Source: Terriglobia bacterium (GTDB lineage Bacteria; Acidobacteriota; Terriglobia; 20CM-2-55-15). Taken from it: DNA of 64,000 bases. The notes under the pieces were generated by a model. It did not search any database. It was not told where the DNA came from and saw only the letters and a list, made by a program, of their open reading frames with translations. The position numbers were made by a program, and so were the translations under genes. Shown in pieces: positions 21,569-30,615 of this stretch; within the stretch, counting starts at the first letter, position 1, and each line of letters opens with the position of its first letter. Location: positions 320,001-384,000 of the forward strand of contig CBDAOY010000006.1 of assembly GCA_965198225.1 (NCBI GenBank), in the 5' to 3' direction.

Positions 21569-21635
21569 CTAAGGCACTGGCACACGTTCCTTCAGTTCTT
21601 CGAACCAGTTCAGAACAACTGTGATCGGGATCGAA
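21569..21635 (-). pseudogene. C-terminal remnant of a kinase-PD40 type protein
   Basis: Translates ITVVLNWFEELKERVPVP*, the typical tail of acidobacterial kinase/TolB-like proteins. Confidence 0.75.
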
Positions 21636-22152
21636 CCGGTTTCGGCGGTCGGTCGGCTACTCGTAGATGTGCATGGGCGCTAACCAGAAAAGTGCCCACT
21701 GCATTGACCTCAAGCCCCTTGCCTCGTACCCTTCTTTTCCGGATTTGCTCGTGCGGTTCGTTCCTGCAGTGCTTTTCGAACTTCCCGGCTACGTTCTCTC
21801 ATCCGAAGTTTTGCCTTGCGCAGACGGTTGAAGCGCGCCTTGTCACCATTTCTTGCAGACATTTGTCACCTCACATAATTCAGCATTCAGATTCTAGTCA
21901 TTTGTGAACGAATAGAAAGTGTCCTCTTGCTAACGGAACGACAAAGGCCACTGGATGAACATTCAGACCCCCGGCTTTCCCGACGAGATCCACAAGGAAG
22001 TGTAGGCGACTAGAACGAAGCCGCTGGCGCGGCGGACGCTACGCGTGTGCTGAGCGAAGAGTGATGAGCCCCCGAATCCCGGTAGGAGGTGAAGTGACCC
22101 TCACCCCCTCCGGACAGAACGGCTCGTACCGGCCAGGTAAGCCGCTCTTCGA

Positions 22153-23769
22153 TCAGCGAGCAAACTCCAGTTTGAGATTCCGCTGCGCGAAGTCGTGGAG
22201 AAAGACGAGTCCCTGGCGCCGAAACCACTCCAGGCTCAGGACGAAACGGACCTCCCGCCGCATGACGGATTGCCACGCCTTCATCCGCACCCAGGTTCGG
22301 CGGGCGTAATACACCGGGGCGCCGGCGCGAATCATCATCCGCTGGAACTTCGCCGGCTTCTTCCACTTCTTCAACTGCATGGACCGGAGCCGACTACGGA
22401 TGAATCCATCTAGCTCTTGGAAGATCTTCCGGAACTCCTGGATGCGGTAATACCCGACCCATCCTTCAAGATATTCGTTGAGTTCGCCAATGACCTGGTG
22501 CATCGATAGCCCGTTATTCCGCCGTGTCCGGGATCGGACCTCTTGCACGAAGCGCTTCCGCGCCCGCGTACTCACCCGAATCTGACCCCGCAGGATCTGG
22601 AATCCTAAGAACTCCACATCCTTGATCGGGGCCACGCGGCTCTTGTCCCGGTTGACGCGCAGTCCGAGTTCCTCTTCGAGGAATCGTGTGATACCTTCCA
22701 TCACCCGTAGAGCCGCCCGCTCCGTTCGCAACAGGATGACGAAATCATCGGCCCACCGGCTGAACCGGTGTCCCCGCCGTTCCAGTTCCTGGTCGAGCTC
22801 ATTGAGCACGATGTTGGACAGGACCGGCGAGACCGGGGAGCCTTGGGGACATCCCTGATCCGTCTTCTCGATAACACCATCCACAGCAGCTCCTGCCTTC
22901 AGCACCCGCACGATCAACGTAACGAGCCGCTCATCTCGGATTCTCTGTCGAATGAGCTTGAGGATCAGGTTGTGGGGGATCTCATCGAAGAAGCTCTGGA
23001 TGTCGAGGGATGCACACCACTCATAGCCCTCCATCACGCCTTCCCGCACATGGCGAATGGCCTGGTGTTGGCTCTTACCACGCCGAAACCCGAAGTTGGA
23101 CCCGCTGAAGTCCGGCTCAAAGATTTCCGTCAACACAGCATGGAGACTTTGACTGACCACGCGGTCCATCACGACGGGAATACCCAGCTTCCTCTTCTTC
23201 GAACTGCCCGGCTTGGGGATCAGAACCCTCTTTGCGGGCTTGAAACGGTATGTCCCGGCTTTCAGCTTGTCGTGGATGAGTGAGAGAAATTCATCCTCTC
23301 TTTCCCCGAAGGCTTCGACCGTCATGTTGTCCACCCCGGCGGCTCCGGCGTTGGCCCGTACCTGCTGCCACGCCTGAACCAGTCGCCTCCGGTCGTAGAC
23401 CCGTTTCATCACTCCAACAACTTTCAGTTCACTTCCTCCGTGACTGTCTTCCGCCAGGGATGGCCGGGGGTGGTTGGCGTTGTCGCCGGACCCGGACGGC
23501 TGATGACCGCGGCGGTTTTCCGCCTCGGCGCCCATGTGGAACTCGCCGCCCCCGATGGCTTTCTGGGCCCCTTGCTCCATCCACTGAGTCGACTCCCTGT
23601 CGGTGTCACTCTCGCCTCTCGTCCATGACTTCCCACCGCCGGTTGGCGATCTCCGGCCGTCCGGGTTGTCCCAGAGATTCAGTTGCTCCGGCTGCTGCCA
23701 GGGCGCCCGTTTCTCTCTTTGTTTCCCGGTCGTCAGGGTTTTATCCTCCGCACTGTTGCCAGGCTTCAT
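22153..23769 (-). CDS. ltrA: Group II intron reverse transcriptase/maturase (intron A), no endonuclease domain
   Basis: GAAGVD, RKLGIP, FGFRRGKS, DIQSFFD, GCPQGSPVSPVLSNI, RWADD, FLGF, maturase X domain; true start probably near 23409. Confidence 0.93.
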   Translation of the reverse strand: MKPGNSAEDKTLTTGKQREKRAPWQQPEQLNLWDNPDGRRSPTGGGKSWTRGESDTDRESTQWMEQGAQKAIGGGEFHMGAEAENRRGHQPSGSGDNANHPRPSLAEDSHGGSELKVVGVMKRVYDRRRLVQAWQQVRANAGAAGVDNMTVEAFGEREDEFLSLIHDKLKAGTYRFKPAKRVLIPKPGSSKKRKLGIPVVMDRVVSQSLHAVLTEIFEPDFSGSNFGFRRGKSQHQAIRHVREGVMEGYEWCASLDIQSFFDEIPHNLILKLIRQRIRDERLVTLIVRVLKAGAAVDGVIEKTDQGCPQGSPVSPVLSNIVLNELDQELERRGHRFSRWADDFVILLRTERAALRVMEGITRFLEEELGLRVNRDKSRVAPIKDVEFLGFQILRGQIRVSTRARKRFVQEVRSRTRRNNGLSMHQVIGELNEYLEGWVGYYRIQEFRKIFQELDGFIRSRLRSMQLKKWKKPAKFQRMMIRAGAPVYYARRTWVRMKAWQSVMRREVRFVLSLEWFRRQGLVFLHDFAQRNLKLEFAR

Positions 23770-23787
23770 CGGCCCTGAGTCCTCAGT

Positions 23788-25943
23788 GTAGAGTCGAAAG
23801 TGGTCGGGCTGGTCTGCCCTTCCACCGTCCGCTCAATCAAACGGCTCGTGCGGTTTTCCCGCAAGCCGCTTTCCTCAGTTGCTCCTCGCACGGAGTCACC
23901 GGTCCACGAGACCGGGAATCAGATGCGTCAGTCGGACCAGACCGAATTCTCGAATAAGTCGTCGCGTCGGATAACGGCGCCACATCGTATTTCTCCACCG
24001 TTTCGCGAGAAACGAGTAGATACGGCGCTCAATCCAACGGTCCAGCTCGTTGAAGAGTCGGCGCACCCTCGCTTTGCGGTAATAGTTCCCCCAGCCCCGA
24101 ATCACCGGGTTGAGCTGGTCGATGACTTCGCCCAGCTTCAGGGGAGCCTTACGGCGCGAGAGGTGTCGGATTTGCGTCCGGAACCTCTCGACCGACTTTT
24201 CCCGTGGAATGGCATACAGGTTATGGGGGTGCATTCCGCGACCACGCCTCTGTGTATCGGACAGACGCAGTCCTTTCCCTTGTTTCACCTTGTACCCCAA
24301 GAACTCAAAGCCTTGTCGAACGTGTACAATCCGCGTCTTCTTCGGATGAAGTCGAACTCCAAGTTCCTCCCAGAGAAACCGCTCTGCAAATGCGAGCGCC
24401 TGCCGGGCTTGGGCCGGTGTCCTACAAACCACCACAAAGTCGTCCGCCCAGCGTGTGAGTCTGTGACCTTGCCGGGTCATCGCACGGTCAAACGGCGTCA
24501 GAAAGATGTTCGACCACAACGGACTGGCCACTCCCCCTTGGGGAACTCCCGTCCGCGTGGGTTGCCAGCAACCTCCTTCCAATACCCCCGAACCCAGGAT
24601 TGCCCGGATCAGCCCCAGAACTCGGCCGTCGCTGATCTCTTCGGCGATCAAGTCGAGAAGCTTCTCCTGGTCGATCGTGTCAAAGAACTGCCGTAGGTCA
24701 GCATCAACCACCCAGAGGTCTCCGGCGCCTAGCTCTGCCCAGACTTTCCGCATCGCATCATGGGGTGAACGCCCCTTGCGATACCCGAATGAGCAGTCCA
24801 GAAACAACGGCTCGAAGATTGGTTCCATCCGCTGGACCAGCGCCTGCTGACAGACCCGATCCATTACGGCCGGTATCCCCAGCTTTCGCATTCCTCCGTC
24901 GGACTTCCCGATCTCGACTCGCTTTACCGGCTTGGGTCGATAGGTGTCATCCCGCAGCTTTTGATGCAACAAGGCCAGATACTCCTCCTTGCACGTTTCA
25001 AACTGCTCAATGGTCACTTCGTCGATGCCCGCGCTACCTCGGTTCCGTTTCACTTTCTCCCAGGCCAACTCCAGATTCTTGCGACTAAACACCTTGTCGA
25101 TCAGCGAGTGGACCTTTCGCTTCCTTCCCTGTCTGCTTTCCAATGTCGCTGTGTGGCGGCGGGCGGCGGCTTCATCCGTACCGCGTTTGGGTCTTTCACT
25201 AAAGGAACTATCCAAGTTCACGATATCTCCGCGTTTCCCATCGCTCGCACATTCCCAACTGAGTACGGGGACTTCCCCCTCCAACGGGCCTTTTGGACCC
25301 GCCAGCGCCGCTGCTCGAAGCAACGATCCGAGACCTTATGTTTGCCGTCTCGTTCCTGAGTACTATTCCCCGATCCGATTCCTGGCACCGCGTCGGCCGG
25401 AATTTCGCTCTCGCTTATATCCGCACCTACCTTGCGGGGCTCTAGGTCGATGTTTGTCTTCTCGGTTGCCCGCCCTTTCGTCTGCGGGTGCCACATCATC
25501 TCGACCTTACCTTCCGCCCGGACGATACCAGGCCTCCCTGGGTCACTCGCGTCTCTTCTCCACCGTGTCGCCCGCACACACCTTGGTGCGATGGGGTGGA
25601 ACCAAATGCGCCTTCGCCCCCATAGTGCGGGCTCGACCATTCCCCATCTTTGGCCGACCGGTTCATCCTCGGGATCGCTCCCTTCGATTACGACCCGGTG
25701 GTTCTCCTCATGCCCTTCAGACCCCACCTCGCGGTGGGCGCCCTGCCCTCCAAAGTTTCCGTAGGTGGCTCCAGCTCTGCCTTGGCCGTTTCCGGCTTTC
25801 GCCTTCGTGCCCGTTTAGGCATCTGCCATACCTGCCTACACTCCGGCCAGTGAGGCATTACCCCCACTTGTTGGATATCGACCCGTGGCCTCGGGCCGAG
25901 CGGGACTTTAACCCGCCGGAAACGCGTGCTGCCAGGCACGCAC
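23788..25943 (-). mobile_element. Group II intron B (inner, nested in intron A)
   Basis: 5' GTGCGTGCCTGG at 25943; DV AAAGCGGCTTGCGGGAAAACCGCACGAGCCGTTT; DVI ending CGACTCTAC at 23788. Confidence 0.88.
23896..25323 (-). CDS. ltrA: Group II intron reverse transcriptase/maturase (intron B), no endonuclease domain
   Basis: HSLIDKV, GSAGID, RKLGIP, GVPQGGVASPLWSNI, RWADD, FLGY, LNPVIRGWGNYY; start uncertain. Confidence 0.93.
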   Translation of the reverse strand: MLRAAALAGPKGPLEGEVPVLSWECASDGKRGDIVNLDSSFSERPKRGTDEAAARRHTATLESRQGRKRKVHSLIDKVFSRKNLELAWEKVKRNRGSAGIDEVTIEQFETCKEEYLALLHQKLRDDTYRPKPVKRVEIGKSDGGMRKLGIPAVMDRVCQQALVQRMEPIFEPLFLDCSFGYRKGRSPHDAMRKVWAELGAGDLWVVDADLRQFFDTIDQEKLLDLIAEEISDGRVLGLIRAILGSGVLEGGCWQPTRTGVPQGGVASPLWSNIFLTPFDRAMTRQGHRLTRWADDFVVVCRTPAQARQALAFAERFLWEELGVRLHPKKTRIVHVRQGFEFLGYKVKQGKGLRLSDTQRRGRGMHPHNLYAIPREKSVERFRTQIRHLSRRKAPLKLGEVIDQLNPVIRGWGNYYRKARVRRLFNELDRWIERRIYSFLAKRWRNTMWRRYPTRRLIREFGLVRLTHLIPGLVDR

Positions 25944-26406
25944 TATCCATGGATCTGCCACCCTCTGCTCCCTGCCCGCTACGGAATCGCCGTTCGCGGC
26001 TCGGTTTTCGAACGTCAGGTCACGGCGGACTGGATAACCCAATGTCCTTTGAGCGCCTGGGCGGGCGCACCCGCTGTGGGTCCCGACATCGAAGCAGTAG
26101 GGCTTCCCGGGGTAAGACACGCCCCCTCCTCGTATCCCGTCCGGCTTCAGCTCCCTTCGGTAACTCCGATCGAATATCGGGGCTCGCTCTCTCAAGCCTG
26201 CTCGCCCCCCTCCGGGCACCCATCTAGCCGGTTCGCTGTTCGCTACGTACACGAGTTCTGCCTCATGCTTCCTCCGGACATCCCATCTCTGAGACTGCCC
26301 TTGCCTTGTTGGCGTTCGCCTTCCGTCCGATCACGGTGGCTTTCCTGCCTTCGGTTGGCGTGCCATGCCCGGCGCACTAGAGTGTGAGCCTCACAAGGAG
26401 GCTCAC

Positions 26407-27297
26407 ATGACGAAGCTGCGACAACGGATGCTGGAGGAACTCCAGCGCCGGAACTACTCACCCGCTACGATTCGGCTGTATCTTCACGCGGTCGAAGACT
26501 TCGCCCGCTACTTCGGGAAGTCCCCCGACAAGCTCGAACAGGAACAGATGCGGCAGTACCAGCTGCATCTGCTTCAGGAGCGCAAGCTCGCTGTCGACAC
26601 CATCATCGGACGGATCGCCGCACTCCGGTTCTTCTACGTGAAGGTGCTTCGCCGTCCCTATCACCAGGTCGATCTGGTCTATCCGAAACAGCCGTCCCGG
26701 TTGCCCACGATTCTGAGCGAAGAGGAAGTGGCGCAACTGCTGGCCTCCGCCAACAGTGCCTATCACTTCGTCATCCTGATGACCTTGTATTCGACGGGAC
26801 TGCGGCGGGCCGAGCTGTGTCGTCTGAAGGTCGAGGACGTCGATAGCGAACGCATGGTGATCCATGTGAGGCAGGGTAAAGGCAATCGCGACCGCGACGT
26901 GCCGCTGTCACCGAAACTGCTGGAAGTCCTGCGCGACTACTGGCGTTGGCGGAAACCCGGCGAGTACCTCTTCCCCAGTTTGCTCCGGACCCGGCCCGGA
27001 CAGCCCATCGATGTGAAGACGGTTTGGTACGCCGTCCAACAAGCCGCCCAACGTGCCGGCATCAAAAAGAAAGTATCCCCACATACGCTGCGCCACAGCT
27101 GGGCCACCCACCTGCTGGAGAGGGGAACCGACCTGCGAACCATCCAGCTCCTGTTGGGTCATGTCGATCTGGAAGCGACGACCCTCTATCTCCATTTGTC
27201 TCAGGCGCACATGCAGCGCGTGGTGAACCCGATCGATTCTCTTCCGGTTCCCGATCTGGGACCGTCTCCCCGTCTGAGAAAGAAGAAAGGCGAATGA
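26407..27297 (+). CDS. Tyrosine recombinase/integrase with N-terminal SAM-like domain
   Basis: TGLRRAE (R), GKG (K), HTLRHSWATH, LLGH, TTLY; AAGGAGG RBS. Confidence 0.95.
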   Translation: MTKLRQRMLEELQRRNYSPATIRLYLHAVEDFARYFGKSPDKLEQEQMRQYQLHLLQERKLAVDTIIGRIAALRFFYVKVLRRPYHQVDLVYPKQPSRLPTILSEEEVAQLLASANSAYHFVILMTLYSTGLRRAELCRLKVEDVDSERMVIHVRQGKGNRDRDVPLSPKLLEVLRDYWRWRKPGEYLFPSLLRTRPGQPIDVKTVWYAVQQAAQRAGIKKKVSPHTLRHSWATHLLERGTDLRTIQLLLGHVDLEATTLYLHLSQAHMQRVVNPIDSLPVPDLGPSPRLRKKKGE

Positions 27298-28463
27298 GCC
27301 GGCCCGCCGTCGAGGTGGCCGACATCGTCCGCGCCCGGGTTCGAGGTTTCCTCCAGCGTCACCGCCTCGGCATCCAGAAGCTCAAGGTCCTGCGCGCCAT
27401 CCTGAACTGTCGTACTGCGGCTCTGGGTGGCCACATCGACCGGTGTGCCGATTGTGGCCGGGAGTCCGGAATCTCGTTCAACTCCTGCCGCAACCGCCAC
27501 TGCCCGAAGTGTCAGACCCAGGCCCGACGACGGTGGCTCGAAGCACGAGAAGCCGAACTGCTGCCCACCCCCTACTTCCACGTCGTGTTCACCGTCCCGC
27601 ACCAGTTCCATCCGTTCTTCTTCCACAACCCTGCCCTACTCTACAGCCTGCTGTTTCGCAGCGTGGCCGACACGATGATCGAGGTGGCGGCCAATCCGAA
27701 ACGACTCGGCGCCCGGATCGGCTTCTTCGGCATCCTGCATACCTGGAGTCAGAACCTGGAGTTCCATCCCCACATCCACTGCGTGGTACCGGCCGGCGGA
27801 CTGGCTCCGGATCAGTCCCGTTGGATTCCGGGTTCTGGGCGCTTCTTCCTCCCCAAGCAGGTGCTCGCCCGAGTCTTCCGTGGCAAGTTCATCGACGGGC
27901 TCGGGCGAGCGATCGCCGACGGTTCGCTCGAACTGTCCGGCTCGATTCGACCCTTCGGCGAACCGCAACACTTTCGGCGGTTCCGCCGCCAGATCCATTC
28001 CCGCAACTGGGTCGTCTATATCAAACGACCCTTTGGTGGCCCCGAACAGGTGCTCCGCTACCTGGGCCGCTACACCCATCGGGTCGCCATCTCCAACCAT
28101 CGATTGATCTCGTTTGACGGTAACCGGGTCCGGTTCCGTTGGCGGGATTACCGCAATGGCAACAAGAGTCGCATCATGACACTCGCGGCCGACGAGTTCA
28201 TCCGACGGTTCTTATTGCACGTTCTGCCGAAGGGCTTCGTCCGCATCCGACACTTCGGATTCATGGCCAACTACCGCCGGTCGGCCGCCTTCGCTCTCTG
28301 TCGCCAACTCCTCGATGCCATGCCGAGGGTCGAATCTGACGAAACCACCACCTCGAACTCTTCCTGGTCGTGTCCGCACTGTCAGGGACCGATGACTCTC
28401 ATCCAACGCTTCACCGCTCTGCAACTCGTAGCGAGGCTCGCCTTCCAATGCGATACGTCCTAA
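27294..28463 (+). CDS. IS91 family (Y2/HUH) transposase
   Basis: CRTAALGGH, SCRNRHCPKCQ, YFHVVFTVP, HPHIH, YLGRYTHRVAISN, LHVLPKGFVRIRHFG; ATGA overlap with integrase stop. Confidence 0.95.
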   Translation: MSRPAVEVADIVRARVRGFLQRHRLGIQKLKVLRAILNCRTAALGGHIDRCADCGRESGISFNSCRNRHCPKCQTQARRRWLEAREAELLPTPYFHVVFTVPHQFHPFFFHNPALLYSLLFRSVADTMIEVAANPKRLGARIGFFGILHTWSQNLEFHPHIHCVVPAGGLAPDQSRWIPGSGRFFLPKQVLARVFRGKFIDGLGRAIADGSLELSGSIRPFGEPQHFRRFRRQIHSRNWVVYIKRPFGGPEQVLRYLGRYTHRVAISNHRLISFDGNRVRFRWRDYRNGNKSRIMTLAADEFIRRFLLHVLPKGFVRIRHFGFMANYRRSAAFALCRQLLDAMPRVESDETTTSNSSWSCPHCQGPMTLIQRFTALQLVARLAFQCDTS

Positions 28464-29065
28464 TCCTCCTTCACAAACCGACGACCGACGTGCGGTTCAG
28501 CCACGTCCTCGCCGGAGTGTGCCTCCGCTGCAAAATCCCCTCAGATCCCGTCCTTTCAACCCACCGATTCCCCGACCCAACTGCTTTCCGATTCACACCA
28601 TCGACGCGGTCATCGACCGCCGGTCCCCCTCCTCGCCCCAACGCCACTCCAGATCCGGCCCGCTTCCGGCTACTTTCTCCATAGCCCACCGCGTCCGCCG
28701 CATTCGGCCAGCGCCCTCCTTCAAGTCTTGTTATCGAAACTGCCGCGGTGGGAACTTCTCGCTCATCCTGTGGCCGCGCTCGCCGCGGCACTTCCGATGA
28801 ACGCTAACGACTTCCCAGGCATCTGGATGATCGACTTCGAGGAGGACCGATTTGATGGACATAGATGGTCGGGTCGGTCAGCATAGCACCGGACTCGCCT
28901 AAGTCTCGTCAAAGAAGTCGTCGAGGCCCAGGTGCTGCCAGTGACAAGAACTCGCAATGAGTGAACATCAGGCAAAGATTGCCGCGATACTCAGCCTTTG
29001 TAGGCTGGAGGGTTTCCTATAAACCTGGAAGTTTAACCATGCGACTTCAGGAGGACCAGAATCAC

Positions 29066-30392
29066 ATGACGAAATCTCGTCGAAGCCTGATCATGGTCGT
29101 TGCTCTCTCTGTTGTCCCTACACCCGTTGGGGCGCAGGAACCCGTCTATTGGGATGTGATCGACCGAATTCGCAGTGAGGGATTCCAGAACTCGCAGGTT
29201 ATGGACAACGCCGGCTACCTGGCCGATGTGATTGGTCCACGTCTCACAGGATCACCCAACATGCGCCAGGCTCAGGACTGGGCGATGGACCGCATGACGG
29301 AGGTCGGGCTGTCCAAGGTGGAGAAGGAGCCGTGGGGCGATGAGACCGTCGGGTGGGAGGTGCAGCGCGTTTCCGTTCATATGAACGCGCCCGACTACCA
29401 GATGGTGATCGCGTACCCGCTTGCCCTGACGCCCGGGACGCAGGGTCCGGTCACCGCAAATGCCGTGACTGCACCGATCCGGACCCCTGAAGATCTGGAT
29501 CGATATCGCGGTCGTCTCGATGGCGCGATCGTGCTGGCCACACCTCCGATACCGACGAGTCCCCGCTTCGTCCAGGACGCGTTCCGGCATACTGAGGAAT
29601 CGTTGCGCGTGTTCAAGACAGAGGGAACCGACCTTCTCATCAACCGCCACGGACGGGGTCAGCCCGACCAATCGACCCTCCGGCGAGAAGGAATCTCCGC
29701 GGCCGAGGTAGAGGAATTCTACAAGTCCGAGGGGGTAGCGGTGGTTCTGACCGCGAGTATCGGTAGCGACGGAACGGTGTTCGCGACCGGACATCCCACG
29801 ACACGTAACGACAGGACCCGCGCAGGGATCTAGAATGCCCTTCCCACCCTCGCCGTTGCCACCGAACACTACAACCGCATCTACAGGATTCTCGAACGGG
29901 GGATCGAGGTGACGATGGACGTTGAAGTCCGGGTCGCGTTCGACGAATCGGATCCGAGGGGGTACAACGTGATCGGCGAGATTCCGGGGAGTGATCTAGC
30001 AGACGAGGTGGTGATGATCGGGGCGCACCTGGACTCCTGGCACGCCGGGACCGGTGCAACCGACAACGCGAGTGGCGTTTCGGTCGTGCTCGAAGCGATG
30101 CGCATACTCCGGGCCATCGACTCCCGTCCGCGGCGCACGATTCGTGTGGCCCTGTGGAGTCAGGAGGAGACGGGTCACAGGGGCTCCCTGGGCTATATCA
30201 AGAATCACTTCGGGAGTCCGCAAGAAGGCACCACGCCCGACCATGAGCGCTTTTCCGTGTACTTCAACATGGACAATGGCACCGGCCAGTTCCGCGGCGT
30301 GCACATCCAAGGAAATACCCAAGCCACGCCCATACTCGATGCCTGGATGAGACCGTTCAATGAGTTTCAAATGGAAACGATCTCCCAGTTCA
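29066..30392 (+). pseudogene. M28 family peptidase with in-frame TAG (29831-29833) and 3' truncation
   Basis: GPRLTGS, GAHLDSWH, GATDNASG, QEETG, YFNMDNG; ORFs 28961 and 29909 share a frame; second metal His region missing. Confidence 0.85.
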
Positions 30393-30558
30393 GGCGGACT
30401 CCCCCGGCCTCTCGGGCAAGAGCAACAGTGTCGTCCGTTGAAAAGTCGTCGATGAGGACTACCGGACAGTTCTCCTGAAGGAGGGCGGAGCGCACCGCCC
30501 GCTGGATCGTGGCCGAAGCATCCCTCGCCGCAATCAGTATGGTCGCGGTTGTATCCAT
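30390..30558 (-). pseudogene. GT2 glycosyltransferase N-terminal fragment
   Basis: TILIAARDASATIQRAVRSAL..IDDFSTDDT, cut after ~55 aa where it meets the M28 gene. Confidence 0.75.
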
Positions 30559-30615
30559 CGAGCTATCCCCGACCTGAAAGCGGGCCGACGCCAGGCCATT
30601 CCCATCTGTCCCGTA

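Larger units (their letters stand above)
22076..26377 (-). mobile_element. Group II intron A (outer)
   Basis: 5' GTGCGCCGGGCATGG at 26377; DV GAGCGGCTTACCTGGCCGGTACGAGCCGTTC; DVI with bulged A ending CCTACCGGGAT at 22076. Confidence 0.88.
22011..28808 (+). mobile_element. IS91-family element of the integrase + Y2 transposase type, interrupted by a group II twintron
   Basis: Coupled tyrosine recombinase and IS91 transposase; related motifs in inverted orientation at 22011-22039 and ~28690-28724; ends approximate. Confidence 0.72.

Noticed and set aside
24989-26227. 412-aa plus-strand ORF
   Set aside because: Antisense to intron ribozyme domains and crosses the intron A/B junction
29831-29833. 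Amber readthrough (pyrrolysine or recoding) in the M28 peptidase
   Set aside because: The gene is also 3'-truncated and TAG is a normal stop in many genes here; a nonsense mutation is simpler
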